A stretch of DNA of 63,806 nt, filler included, from Reclinomonas americana ATCC 50394 (lineage: Eukaryota): the NCBI GenBank assembly GCA_048213135.1. It is 6 parts of 5 records of this genome, joined end to end, with 100 filler letters (N's around TTAATTAATTAA, not from the genome) between each part and the next. Parts side by side here need not be neighbours in the genome. Positions count along the whole stretch, not along the records: positions 1 to 18,027 come from PS015601.1; 5 more parts are not named here. One strand, 5' to 3'. This document shows positions 1 through 11,895 of the stretch, in pieces. A program made the translations under genes and the position numbers. The notes under the pieces were generated by a model. The model was not told the DNA's origin. It was given only the letters and a program-made list of their open reading frames with translations, and did no database searches. How positions within the stretch are numbered: position 1 is the stretch's first letter; every line of letters begins with the position of its first letter.

Positions 1-1687
1 AGGCACCTTCAGCACTGGGTCGACGGTTGTTGCCGGCGGCTTGATCACCGGCGGCAGCGTGACGACGGCTGGTTACCTCCAGTCTGGTACTGTGAGTTCG
101 TTCGGTTTGGTCAGTGCCGGAAGCTTCACCACCACGGGAAGCATGCAAGCCGGTACCGTCAGCACCGGCTCGACTGTGACGGCCAGCGGTTTGATTACTG
201 GCGGCAGCGTGACGACGGCTGGCAGCGTGCAGTCGGGCACTGTGAGCTCGTTCGGTTTGGTGAGTGCCGGTAGCTTCACCACCACGGGAAGCATGCAAGC
301 AGGGACGATCAGCACTGGCTCGACTGTGATTGCCGGTGGTTTGATCACCGGCGGCAGTGTGACGACGGCTGGTTATCTGCAGTCGGGTACTGTGAGCTCA
401 TTTGGGTTGGTGAGCGCTGGAAGTTTCACCACCACGGGAAGCATGCAAGCTGGCACTGTCAGCACCGGCTCGACTGTGATTGCTGGCGGACTGATCACTG
501 GCGGCAGTGTGACGACCGCCGGCAGCATGCAAGCAGGCACCATTAGCACCGGTTCGACGGTGATTGCTAGCGGCCTAATCACTGGCGGTAGCGTGACGAC
601 GATTGGATCAGTCAAATCTGGTACCGTGAGCTCGTTCGGCCTTGTGAGCGCCGGCAGCTTCACAACAATGGGCAGCATCGAAGGCGAGACAGTTCTCGCC
701 AATGGAGGCATGTCGACCACCGCGCTCTATCTGAAGGCCACGGCGGCAGCAGATGTCGACGATCCGGCCATGAATGATGCCGCGCTATTCTTTGACAGTG
801 GCCATGTTGCGTGCTCGTCGCATTGCACTTTAACAATTTTCTGTGTCTACTTGTCTGTGAACTAAGTCATCTGTCGTTGTCGCGTGTACGCAGTTGGTGT
901 TCAAGACCGGAGATTCGAATGTGCACACGGTGGCGCTCGACAACGCAATGTCCGACGTACGATTGAAGGCCAACATTCGTCCGATTGAGAATGCATTGGG
1001 CCTGACTCTGCGTCTCAGTGGCCACCGATACGAGTGGAATGAGGTGCGGTGTACGTGGAAGTGCCACGCCCGAGATGATTCGAGCACTCACTTTTTGTGG
1101 TCTGCGGGCAGGTGTCTCGTCTCTTTGGCAAGCCTGTTGGATCGCCATCTGTTGGCTTTATCGCACAGGAGCTCGAGGAGCACTTCCCAGAACTGGTGTC
1201 GGAGCTGCAAGTTGTGCGCGGTGAAAGGTTCAAGAAGGTCGAGTACGGCCCGGTGGTGGCGCTGCTCGTGGAGGCCGTCCGCGAACAGCAGGCGCTCATT
1301 GAGAGAAATCGAGCGGTGTTTGAGGAGCGGTTGGCGGAGGAGAGGCGACAGGCTGCTGCGGAAGTTGAGGAGCGGCTTGCGGAGGAGAGGCGGCGGACTG
1401 AAGAGCAGCTGGCTGAGGAAAGAAGACAAGCTGAAGAGCGGCTTGCAGAGGAGAGGCGACGGACTGAGGAACAGCTTGCGGAGGAAAGAAGACGAGCTTC
1501 TGTGGAAGTTGAAGAGCGGCTTGCGGAGGAGAGGAGACGAGCTGCTGCGGCAGTTGCGGAACAGCTGGCGGAGGAACGCCGACGCATCGCTGAGCAACTG
1601 GAGACCGAAGTTCAGCGGCGCGTCGAGAAAGAGTTGCTGGCCGTGCGGGAGCAGATGGAGCGACTTCGGCAGCTCATGGAGGCATAA
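1..1687 (+). CDS. 3' part of a Gly/Ser/Thr-rich repeat (tail-fibre-like) protein with peptidase S74 intramolecular chaperone domain and C-terminal coiled coil; exons <1-805, 894-1043, 1112-1687
   Basis: GT-AG introns 806-893 and 1044-1111 join three ORFs in phase. The product reads ...DSGH|LVFKTGD...MSDVRLKANIRPIENAL...YEWNE|VSRLF...VGFIAQELEEHFPELV...VEYGPVVALLVEAVREQQALI. It has the S74 signatures S-D-x-R-L-K, GFIAQE and the terminal helix. Upstream is a 50-aa repeat. The gene is 5'-truncated by the window. Confidence 0.85.
41..690 (+). repeat. Coding tandem repeat, 150-nt (50-aa) unit ITGGSVTTAGxxQSGTVSSFGLVSAGSFTTTGSMQAGTVSTGSTVxAxGL
   Basis: Unit starts at 41, 191, 341, 491 (shortened to 84 nt) and 575, with mostly synonymous differences. 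Confidence 0.9.
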
Positions 1688-1774
1688 TGGCACATTGTAA
1701 AACACATATACCTTTGCTGTGTACGTCCGCCGCCAGGCGCGCAGCCTCCATTTTTGCATCACACTTGGCACGAA

Positions 1775-4435
1775 ATGGAGTGCGCCGTGTGCAGAGAGTC
1801 GTACGACGCACAGAGGAGACCAATGGCTCTTGGATGTGGGCACTCACTGTTTCGTCTCGTGGACGCGTTGAAGCACACACGACCACTTCTCGAGACACGA
1901 AGTTTTCACCCTCGCTTCACCGCAGATGCTCCATGTGCGTGGACTTGCTGCGCCACAGAGCGGTGGCTCAGCAATTGTGCCCGGTGTGCCGCGCGCCCAT
2001 GGGCGACACGGTGCGGAAAGAGACTCTCTCACACGCACACTCACACACACACACTTCTCTCTCGTTCTCTCCCTGTGTCTGTGTGTGCGCGCGTGTGTGC
2101 GCTTGCCACCGTGTGATTACTAGTGCATAGCATGGTACCCGAGCATGACAAGCTTGCGTGGAATGCATGAGCGAGAGAGAGCAAGGCAGAGTGCGAAAAT
2201 ATCTGCATTTCACCTCCTTGCTCTTGCTCCCCTCCCATGGCCTCACACGTGCGTGCATGTGCGCAGGTTGTCGTCAACTTTGCCATGGAAGAGTTGATCG
2301 CAGAAGTTGCACGAGCTGTGGCTGTGGCCGCGGCTGCGGCACACCCACCCCCCGCTGCTCCGCCTGTCGCGCCCCCGCCTGCTGCAGTCGATGAGCAGCC
2401 GGCGAGACCTCCTGCTTCTCCTCCTCCTCCCCCTCCCCCTCCCCCTCCCCCACCGCCGCCACCACTGCCACCGCTGGCGGAAGAAGACGCAGTCCCACTA
2501 CCGTTTGGCATTGCAGATGTGGTCATGGAGTCGTCGGGAGTGCGTTCGTTTGAGAGCAGCGATCCGCTCGGGTCGGTGAGCTGGGTGGTGGTCGGGATGG
2601 TTGATTCGCTTCGTGTTTGTCATGCTGACGGCGCAAACGATGACACAGTTCTCCCTCGTGTCGGTGCCGCTTGCGGACTCGTCGCTCGTTTATCGCGTGG
2701 ACTTTACGGTCAAGTCTCGCGTCTCTTGAGTCTGTGTGTCGGTGCGGAAGCTGACCGCGTGGCTTGTCTCATCTCAGGTGGTTCCGCTGGCTGCCGAATG
2801 GAACGCTGGCATTGGAGTGTGCTGCAGTGCACAGTTCAGGCAACGGCCTGCTCGCCGCGCAGAGCCCGACTTTCGGTCTCTGTCATTCTACCGAGGTGCG
2901 ACGACACTGAGGTATCAGTGTGCATTTTTCTCGCTCCACTTTCTGAACGATTGTGTCAACACCAGATCGGCTGAAGCGGGCGTCGAGCGACTTTGAAGTC
3001 GGCAGTCAATTTGTTGGTGAAGACGGTATCATCTCACTCGCGTGTTTGGTTCTCGACGACGGCCTGCACGTCAAGGTGCGTTCTTGCCACCCGCAGATCC
3101 ATTTCACGGAGGCGATCTTATCGTGCGCGGCAGGTGTTGCACAATTATATCAGCGTCGGCGAAGAGGAGAGTTACCCGTTTGCGTGCAACCCCCTGGACG
3201 AAATCACTCTGCCTTTTGTATACTGCTGCAACGCCCGATTGGAGTTGCTCGAGGCCGAAGCCGTTGCAGTTGCGTGTTGTGCATGTGACTGCAGCTGGTC
3301 GCGTGGGTGCGCAACTCACGTGGGTGCCTGGCTGCAGGATATCGGCAGCTTTTTCAGCATTGAGCACCAGCCAGCACCCCGAATCGAGCCGATCGAGGCT
3401 CCGCATGTCGAGGAAGAGGAAGCGCTTCTGGTGCGTGCACACCTCTCTATTACTCTCATGCGTCTGTGACTCACTCGCTCTGCGCGCCCCAGCGTGCCGT
3501 CGACAGCGAAAAATAGTTGCGTCGACTCGCACAACATTTTGTACCGCATTTTTGCCGATTTCTCTGACAGCTTTTTGTCGGTGCACAGCGCGGACGAAGT
3601 CGTTCCGGAAGCTGGGCGTGTCCGTGTGGGTCAGCGAGTGGTGGTGGAACCGTCGGCGTTCGACTGCATCGGCAACCCGATTTCGTCGTTCACCGGCAGT
3701 GCGTTTGTACACTCTCTCGGCGCACGCTGACAGGTTTCGCTGACTGCCGCGCGCTCGTCTCCCAGCCGTGAGGCACATTTGTGAGCCGGGCGATAGTCCG
3801 CTGGCCGGACAGATTGGCGTGGAGATGGATGAGGTGAACAAACAGGGGAAAGAGGTGGTTGAATCGTGTTGGTGCTTGTCATGGCTTATTGTGTGTGTGT
3901 GTGTGTGCAGCCTGGCGCCGGATTGCACACATTGCATGGGTGTGCGGCGTGCCGGCCGAGCTGCGGATGGTTTGTTGCACCAGATCAACTCTGCCCGATC
4001 GACGACGACGATGCGAGAGGAGGCGAAGGCGAGGTGGCGGCGGCAGAGCTCGAGGCACCTGCTGCACCGCCAGTCGTGGCCGCCGATCGTGAGGAGCCTG
4101 CGCCGGCCGGAGCTGGTGAGTTTGTTTGCGTGCCTTGGCGCGTATGTTGCTTCAGTGGCTCACCGCGCTGTGCACCAGACAATATTGGCGTCGGCTGTCC
4201 CGCCACCGACGACGGCTTCGGTCCGCACGCGTTCGAGGTGGACCAATGTCGCGTGTGCCTCTTTTGTGGTCAGTGCACTGGGTACGGTGAAGCATGCGTC
4301 GTGGCGCGCGATGCAGGAGCGGCAGAACGCGCGCCAGGCAGTGCGTGTGGCTGCGGCGATGGCGACGCCGGCTGTGTGGAATGCTGCATGTGTCGCGCGT
4401 GCGCTGGACTGCCGCTGATCGGATCGGGGGTGTGA
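1775..4435 (+). CDS. Multi-exon RING-HC E3 ligase-like protein with Pro-rich linker and C-terminal Cys-rich module
   Basis: ATG at 1775. Intron 1849-1925 completes CAVC...CGHSLCSMC...CPVC (RING-HC). Intron 2011-2266 leads into VVVNFAMEELI and poly-Pro. The last exon (4179-4435) encodes CRVCLFCGQCTGYGEAC...CGCGDGDAGCVECCMCRAC. Internal exons are not fully resolved, so this could be two genes. Confidence 0.7.
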
Positions 4436-5036
4436 GGGGGGAAGGATGATAGGGGGAAAGGGGAAGGGGGAAAAAGGGGAGTTGGACTGTTATTATGCTT
4501 GAAATAAGGTGCTGCTGCTTTTCATTATCAATTCATGCCCCTTTCATCCTGACCGGATCGGGGTATGAGGGGGCAGAGGAGCAGATGGTTTTGTTATCAC
4601 TGCTGCGACAACAATGACAACATCAACCACCTGAGCCTCACACACAACAACACGACAAGCTCTCTTGCTTCAACCTCACCATCGCCTTGGATGCTGCACG
4701 AATCCGGACCCGGCTTTGCTTTGTTTGCCTGGCTCTGGCCTTTTCCCGAATTCGAGGTGCCGTGTATAATCGCAGAAAACGCTATGCGTCTATGCAAGTG
4801 CATTGAAGTTCGCAGTTTTCGACTTGTTCGGGGCACGCAAGGAACCTGCTGCTGCCTCAAGATTGGTGGTTGTGTTGATGTTTAGGGTACGGTTGGACTT
4901 GGTCATCAAGACAGCTGTTGTGTTGGTGAATGATATTCTTGAATCAAGGTGCGCCAGTTTCATCATGAATTCATGCCCTTTTCATGCCTTTTCCGTGCCC
5001 ATTTTCATTATCCATCAAGCATATTTGACCTTTGGC

Positions 5037-8000
5037 ATGGATGCCTCGAAGCCATGCCTCCTGACGACCTTTGTGTGGCTCACTCTGGCTGTGGCCATTG
5101 TTGCCGTGAGCTCCGCCGCCGCCGCACTGCGCGTGCTGGCCGATGACTACCTCCCGCACTCTCCGGTGCTGCGTGCGGGGTGGCGTCAGTCGGCGCACGC
5201 CATGCTGCTGTTGCCTTTGTTTGTGTGGCAGGCGATTCATCGTGCACGCTCACGACCTGCAGCAACAACACCAACAATAACAGCTACAACGAGGAGGAGG
5301 AGGAGTGACACTGTTGGTGATTCTGCTGCAAACAATGATGATGATGATGATGACGGGGAGGAGTTGATTGCGCGTGACGATGGTCTGCGCTCGACCTCTG
5401 ACAGTGAGAGGAGCGCGGAGAGAGCTGTTGGTGATGTGGTGGCGGTGTGGACGGTGCGGAATGTGTGTGTGATGGTGACGTGCGGAGTGGCGCTGGGTGT
5501 GCATTTTGCGACGTGGATTTGGAGTTTGGATTTGACGAGTATGGCGCATTCGTTGTTGTTTGTTGCGTGGGGGGTGAGAAGGGGGAAGGGAGGGGAAAAG
5601 GGTAACAAGGAGAGCAGAGCAAGAGAAGGGAGCAGTGGGAAAAGGGGGCAGAGAAATGAAGGAAGCGAGTGGGAAAGTGATGACGGAGAGAGTGACGAGG
5701 GCAACGAGGCAAGAAGAATGGTGAGGAATGAGGAACGAGGGAAGCTAGCATGGAGAGGGAGCACGGTCAGGAGAGTGGGCAAGGAGGAGAGAGATAAGGG
5801 AGCAAGGAAGCGAGAGAAGAGGAATGAGAGAATGGCGAGGACGGAGGGAGTACGAGAGAAGTGCAACGATACAAGAAGAGTGGTGAGGAATGAGGAGGGA
5901 GGGAAGCGAGCATGGTGAGGGAGCACGGTCAGGAGAGTGGGAAAGGAGGAGAGAGATAAGGGAGCAAGGAAGCAAGAGGAGGAATGAGAGAATGGCGAGG
6001 ACGGAGGGAGAACGAGAGAAGTGCAACGATCGTACTAGTGGTGAGGAGAGCAGAGAAGAAGCATGGTGATGGAGGGAATGATGAGAGCAGTGGGAAGGGA
6101 GAAGATAAGGAAGCAAGGAAGCAAGAGAGGAGGAATGAGGGAATGGCGAGGACGGAGGGAGAACGAGAGGTGCAACGATACAAAAAGAACGGCGAGGAGA
6201 GCAGAGCAAGAGAAGAAGCATGGTGATGGAGGGAATGATTAGAGCAGTGGGAAGGGAGAGGGACGGCAAGAGAGTGACAAGGGCAAGAATGGCGAGGAAT
6301 GAGGAGGGTGGGAAACGAGCATGGTGAGGGCAGTGGTTGCGAGGAGAGAGATGGACGAGGAAGAGGGAGCAAGGAGGTAAGCGAAGGAATGGTGATGTCG
6401 GAAGGGGAGAATGACAAAAGCAACGATGCGAGAAGAATGGAGGGCAACTGAGGCAGGAAGGAGAGCAGAGCAAGGCAAGGGAACATAGAGATGCTCGAGG
6501 AACAAGGAGCGTGGAGGAAGAGTGGTAACACGGAGGCAATCGAATGATGAGAAATGATGGAGATGGGAGCAGAGCAAGGGAGGGAGCATGGTGTGGAGAG
6601 TGGGAGAAAGGGGAAGTGACAGTGAGGACTAAGGGAGAATGACAAAAACAATGATGCATGAAGAATGGAGGGCAGCGAGGCATGAAGGACAACGGAGCAA
6701 GAGAAGGGAGCGGAGACTGGGAGAGAATGAGACAGATGGAGGAACGAATGGTGAGAGAGCAAAGAGACGGGCGATGACGAGGGAGTAGAGAAGAAACGAG
6801 TCAATGGGGACTATTGAATGGTGAAAGGAAGGAGGGAAGAAAAGCAGAGCAAGGGAGGGAGCATGGTGTGGAGAGTGGGAAAGGATTGGATGGATAGAGA
6901 GAAGAGGAATATTGAGGTCAATAGAATGGTGAGAAATGAGGTATGCATGCGACAGAGAGAGGTCAGAACAGAAGCTTGTGAGAGAGCGATATGAGAGGCA
7001 TGAGAAAATGTAGTTGTCTGTGTCTCCGTGAAGTCGCTCGCTCACCTGCAGCAGGTCAGCACGACGCCGCTGTTTGCCGTGGTGTGGTCCTTTGTCAAGT
7101 GTCAGCCGGTGTCCAAGGGCGAGGTGATTGGAGCGCTCGTCGGTGAGGGAGCGAGACAGCAGAAGGGAGTCGCTCCCGGCGTTTACTCATCACGCGAACC
7201 AGGCTTTGGTGGTATTGCTGTGCTCGTTGCGGAGCCGTTTTTCTCTCCCTCGGGCTCTGGTGACGCTGGCGATCAAGTTGCGTGTGTGCATCCCGAGATT
7301 GCACGGTGCTGTTCATTGTCTCACACGAGCCGCGCTGCGTGCAGGTCTCTGCGGTCGGCGATCTGGTGAGTTTGCGTGTGTATCGGTGCGGTGAGACAGC
7401 AGCTCACTAGTCGGTGGACAGGTTGCTGTCGTTGGCGCCTTGGCGTTTCTCGGTGCGTGTCGTTCGAAAGCACCGAAAGTATGTGGTATGCTCATGCGTA
7501 CGCGGCGCAGTATATCTTGAGCTTGGTCGGTCGCTGAGGGCATTCACGCCGGTGTACATTTTCTCCTTCCCGGTGGTGTTGTCGTCCGCGGTGTTCCTGT
7601 GAGTAGGCGGGGGTGGAAGGGAAGGGAGAGAGGGGATGGAGAAGAGTGGTAACGGTGAGAAAAGGAAAAGGTGATTGAAAGGGAGGGGGAAGGGCGCAAG
7701 AGGGAGCGTAAGTTGGAAAATGCGTCAGGAGATTGAGCACAGGGGGAGGGGAGGGGATCGGAGAGGTCGTAGGTTCGAGACAGGTGTTGGGAGAAGGAGT
7801 GGGGGAAGAGAGGGAGAGATGGGGGCACAGGTTGATGGAATGCGGCAGGAGGAAATGGGAAGGGAATGGAAGAAGTTGAGAGCGTAAGTTAGAAAAATGC
7901 GTCAGGAGAATGGGTAGAGGGGGAAGGGAGGAGGAGGGAAGCGGAGAAGTCGTAGGTTGGAGACAGGTATTGGGAGAAGGAGTGGGGGTAGAGAGAGAGA

Positions 8001-9439
8001 TGGGGGCAGAGGTTGGAGAAAGGCGGCTGGAGGAAATGGGAAGAAGATGGGAACAGCGAGACCGAAAGTTGGAAAATGCGTCAGGAGATTGAGCACAGGG
8101 GGAGGGGAGGGGATCGGAGAGGTTGTAGGTTGGAGGCAGGAATTCTGTGGCAGAGACAGGGGAAAGGAAAGAGAGAAAGAGAAAGTGCGGAGGACAAGAG
8201 GTGCCGAATCGCATGGAAAGAAAGAGCGAGTGGAAAATGGAGCTGACCGCTGGAGAATGTTGTTTTCGCTTGGTCTGACTCGCGGNNNNNNNNNNNNNNN
8301 NNNNNNNNNNNNNNNNNNNNNNNNNNNNNNNNNNNNNNNNNNNNNNNNNNNNNNNNNNNNNNNNNNNNNNNNNNNNNNNNNNNNNNNNNNNNNNNNNNNN
8401 NNNNNNNNNNNNNNNNNNNNNNNNNNNNNNNNNNNNNNNNNNNNNNNNNNNNNNNNNNNNNNNNNNNNNNNNNNNNNNNNNNNNNNNNNNNNNNNNNNNN
8501 NNNNNNNNNNNNNNNNNNNNNNNNNNNNNNNNNNNNNNNNNNNNNNNNNNNNNNNNNNNNNNNNNNNNNNNNNNNNNNNNNNNNNNNNNNNNNNNNNNNN
8601 NNNNNNNNNNNNNNNNNNNNNNNNNNNNNNNNNNNNNNNNNNNNNNNNNNNNNNNNNNNNNNNNNNNNNNNNNNNNNNNNNNNNNNNNNNNNNNNNNNNN
8701 NNNNNNNNNNNNNNNNNNNNNNNNNNNNNNNNNNNNNNNNNNNNNNNNNNNNNNNNNNNNNNNNNNNNNNNNNNNNNNNNNNNNNNNNNNNNNNNNNNNN
8801 NNNNNNNNNNNNNNNNNNNNNNNNNNNNNNNNNNNNNNNNNNNNNNNNNNNNNNNNNNNNNNNNNNNNNNNNNNNNNNNNNNNNNNNNNNNNNNNNNNNN
8901 NNNNNNNNNNNNNNNNNNNNNNNNNNNNNNNNNNNNNNNNNNNNNNNNNNNNNNNNNNNNNNNNNNNNNNNNNNNNNNNNNNNNNNNNNNNNNNNNNNNN
9001 NNNNNNNNNNNNNNNNNNNNNNNNNNNNNNNNNNNNNNNNNNNNNNNNNNNNNNNNNNNNNNNNNNNNNNNNNNNNNNNNNNNNNNNNNNNNNNNNNNNN
9101 NNNNNNNNNNNNNNNNNNNNNNNNNNNNNNNNNNNNNNNNNNNNNNNNNNNNNNNNNNNNNNNNNNNNNNNNNNNNNNNNNNNNNNNNNNNNNNNNNNNN
9201 NNNNNNNNNNNNNNNNNNNNNNNNNNNNNNNNNNNNNNNNNNNNNNNNNNNNNNNTTGATGTCTTTCGTTTAAAATTCTGACGGACGCGTTGATTGGGCA
9301 GGTTCTCGCTGGCTGTGTGGTGACCACGGTGGCTGCTGCTAAGGCGACACCACCTGCTGCTAAAACTCCGTCACCCACCGACGTCGAGCTGTCGGAGCGG
9401 GTGTCATCGACGGAGGAATCGGTGAGCAATGAATCCTGA
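5037..9439 (+). CDS. EamA/DMT-family (drug/metabolite) transporter, multi-exon, interrupted by a gap
   Basis: Hydrophobic helices with DMT-like motifs: LAVAIVAVSSAA, AGWRQ, GVALGVHFATWIWSLDLTSMAHSLLFV | STTPLFAVVW...KGEVIGALVG, YLELGRSLR. Probable last exon 9302-9439. Confidence 0.75.
5570..7000 (+). repeat. Purine-rich intron built from degenerate tandem repeats
   Basis: Recurrent blocks such as gagaatggcgaggacggagggag-acgagagaagtgcaacgat and gagcagagcaag-gagggagcatggtg. Confidence 0.75.
7605..8150 (+). repeat. Purine-rich intronic degenerate repeat
   Basis: aagtt-gaaaatgcgtcaggaga recurs near 7710, 7886 and 8066. ggagaaggagtggggg is repeated. Confidence 0.75.
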
Positions 9440-10791
9440 AATTCTCGAGAAGCGTGAAAGGAAAGAAGGGGGGGCAAGAGGGGAGAAGGAGGGAAGCAAG
9501 AAGGAAGAGAGGGAGGGAAGAAAGAGGAGAGGAAGGGAAGACGGAGGAGAGGGAGGCAAGAAGGAAGAGAGGGAGGCCAGAAAGTCGAGAGAGAGGCAAG
9601 AAAGAAGAGAGGGAGGGTAGAAGGAAGAGAGAGAGAGAGGCAAGAAGGAAGAGAGGGAGGGAAGAAGGAGGAGAGGGAGGGAAGAAGGAGGAGAGGGAGG
9701 CAAGAGGGAAGAGAGATGCAAGAGAGATGCACGCGTGCACACATCTTTATTGCTAGAGATAGATCACGAAGAACAAGTCCACACACCTGCTGTGTGCACG
9801 GTGGGATGCGAGTGGGGAGCCGAGTGAGTGAGGTGACAGCCGGCAACGGGCGATGCATAGCACGTCTGCAATCGTCACGGAACAACAACGAGGAGCACGT
9901 GTTTCCAAGGTGTCTGCATGTCGCACTGTGAGCAAAGGAAAAGAGGAAGGAGAGAGATATCTGCTCCGTCTCAATGACGAACACACCGCTCAGCACCTGA
10001 TACCAACTCGTGTTCGGTCAGGGCAAGCCGAATGATGATTCTACATCCAGACGTCCAGCAAAGAGAGAGAGAAGAATCAGAATGTAGTCAACCACCCCAC
10101 ACACTTCGATGTCGGGATGCTCACCATGATGGACTGTCGAACGCGATGGCAGGACAGCAGTCGGTGCATCTCGAGCAGACCAGCATGCTCGGACTCAGCG
10201 CGTGTAGGAAGGATGGGGCACATGACTGGAGAATCAGATGAGCGCACAAAGGAGGGAGATGGTGGAGAAAGAGAGAGAGAGACTCTACAACGGACAGGGA
10301 AGGAGGGCTCGAGATCGGAATGACATGCATCCTGCAGAGCCAGAAGGAGAACATCACCGGCGCACATGCACAATGGGAAGCAGAGCAGTGGCGCCAACGT
10401 AGTATGCAAAATAATACGCGAGAAAACAATCACCGGCACTCTCTCTCCTGAGACACATACATGCACGATGAAAGATACGCACAACAGACATCACAACGAG
10501 ACAAAAAGACACAACAGCCTCCCAAGTGATTCATCGCACTTGCACACAAAATGGAGGTGAGAATGAGACACGCATCCAGAGAGAGAGAGAGATATCCTTC
10601 ACGCCCGCACTCACATTCACATGACAGCGGTGAGCAATTCATCATCATCAACAACGATCTCTCTGCTTTTCCTCTGTCTTCTCTCTTCCGCCATCCAGCA
10701 CTCGCATAACCACCCGCAACCCCGCACAAGACACGAAAACAACGCACAATCACCAGCAGCCACTCCCCCCCCCCCCCTCCGACTCACCAAC

Positions 10792-11895
10792 TCAGCACCG
10801 GAAAAGGACGACCTCGGCATCCTCGACAATGAAGCAGCGCAGAACCAGCTCGGCAAGACATCGTGAATCTGCTTCCTACTCGACTGCCCTCCTCTCCTCC
10901 AGCATTTCCTGCACAGCCTGCATGGCCGAGCGCGCAGCGTCGAGTTCGAGACAAGCAAGGCCACGCGGTGTGGACCACATTCGCACGCTATTGTCTTGGC
11001 CACCTGCACTCGCAATGTGGAGACCATCGGGAGAGACGGCCACAGACGACACCCACCCAGTGTGCCCCGCCAGCCGTCGCACTTCCTCTCCACTCTCCAG
11101 CGACCATACTCGCAAGGTGCTGTCTCCACTCCCACTCACGATATGCTGACAATCCNNNNNNNNNNNNNNNNNNNNTGTGTTGTCTCCACCCCCACTTACA
11201 ATGTACTGACTATCAGGGGTGACAGCGACTGACCAAACATATCCAGTGTGTCCTTCCAGCCGTCGCACCTCCTCCCCACTCGCCAGTGACCACACTCGTA
11301 CTGTGCAGTCCCAGCTCCCACTCACGATGTGATGACCATCTGGAGTAACAGCGACAAACCACACCTTAACATCGTGTCCCTCTAACCGTTGCACCTCCTC
11401 GCCACTCTCCAGCGACCACACACGCATGGTACAGTCTCCACCGCCACTCACAATGCGCTTTCCATCTGGGGTGACGGCGACACAATACACCCATCTAGTG
11501 TCTCTCTCTAGTCGTCGCACTTCTTCTCCGCTCGCCAGAGACCACAGTCGAACAGTGCTGTCCATGCACCCACCAACAATGTGCTGGCAATCGGGAGTGA
11601 CGGCGACGGACCTCACTGCAGCGGGACTCTGAATGATCTGTGTTGATCGCTTGAGGTGAGACGCACACGCACAGCAACGTTGGAAGACATGAACACACAA
11701 GCACACAAACAACAACCGCACGAATGCACAAACACAAGCACAAGAATGCACGCACAGACACCAACCACGCAAAAGTGCGCACACACTCACACCTTTGTTG
11801 TCATTCTCCGTGTGTGTGTGTGTGCGACTTGCTCGCTCGGGATTCTCACCGTTTCCCGCCTTTCTTCTCCCGCCTTGCTCTGAGACGTCGTCCAT
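10792..11895 (-). pseudogene. Array WD40 copy A with premature stop in the C-terminal tail (truncated allele or pseudogene)
   Basis: WD exon starts at 11637. An in-frame TAG at 10876-10878 precedes the otherwise intact DSRCLAELVLRCFIVEDAEVVLFRC. Repeat 2 has RD in place of GH. Small internal gap. Confidence 0.65.

Noticed and set aside
7492..9996. Long ORFs spanning N gaps or low-complexity tracts (e.g. 7492-9996, 5237-6804, 53720-54664, 60167-60616)
   Set aside because: Produced by Ns and stop-poor CT/GA repeats, with no domain signal.
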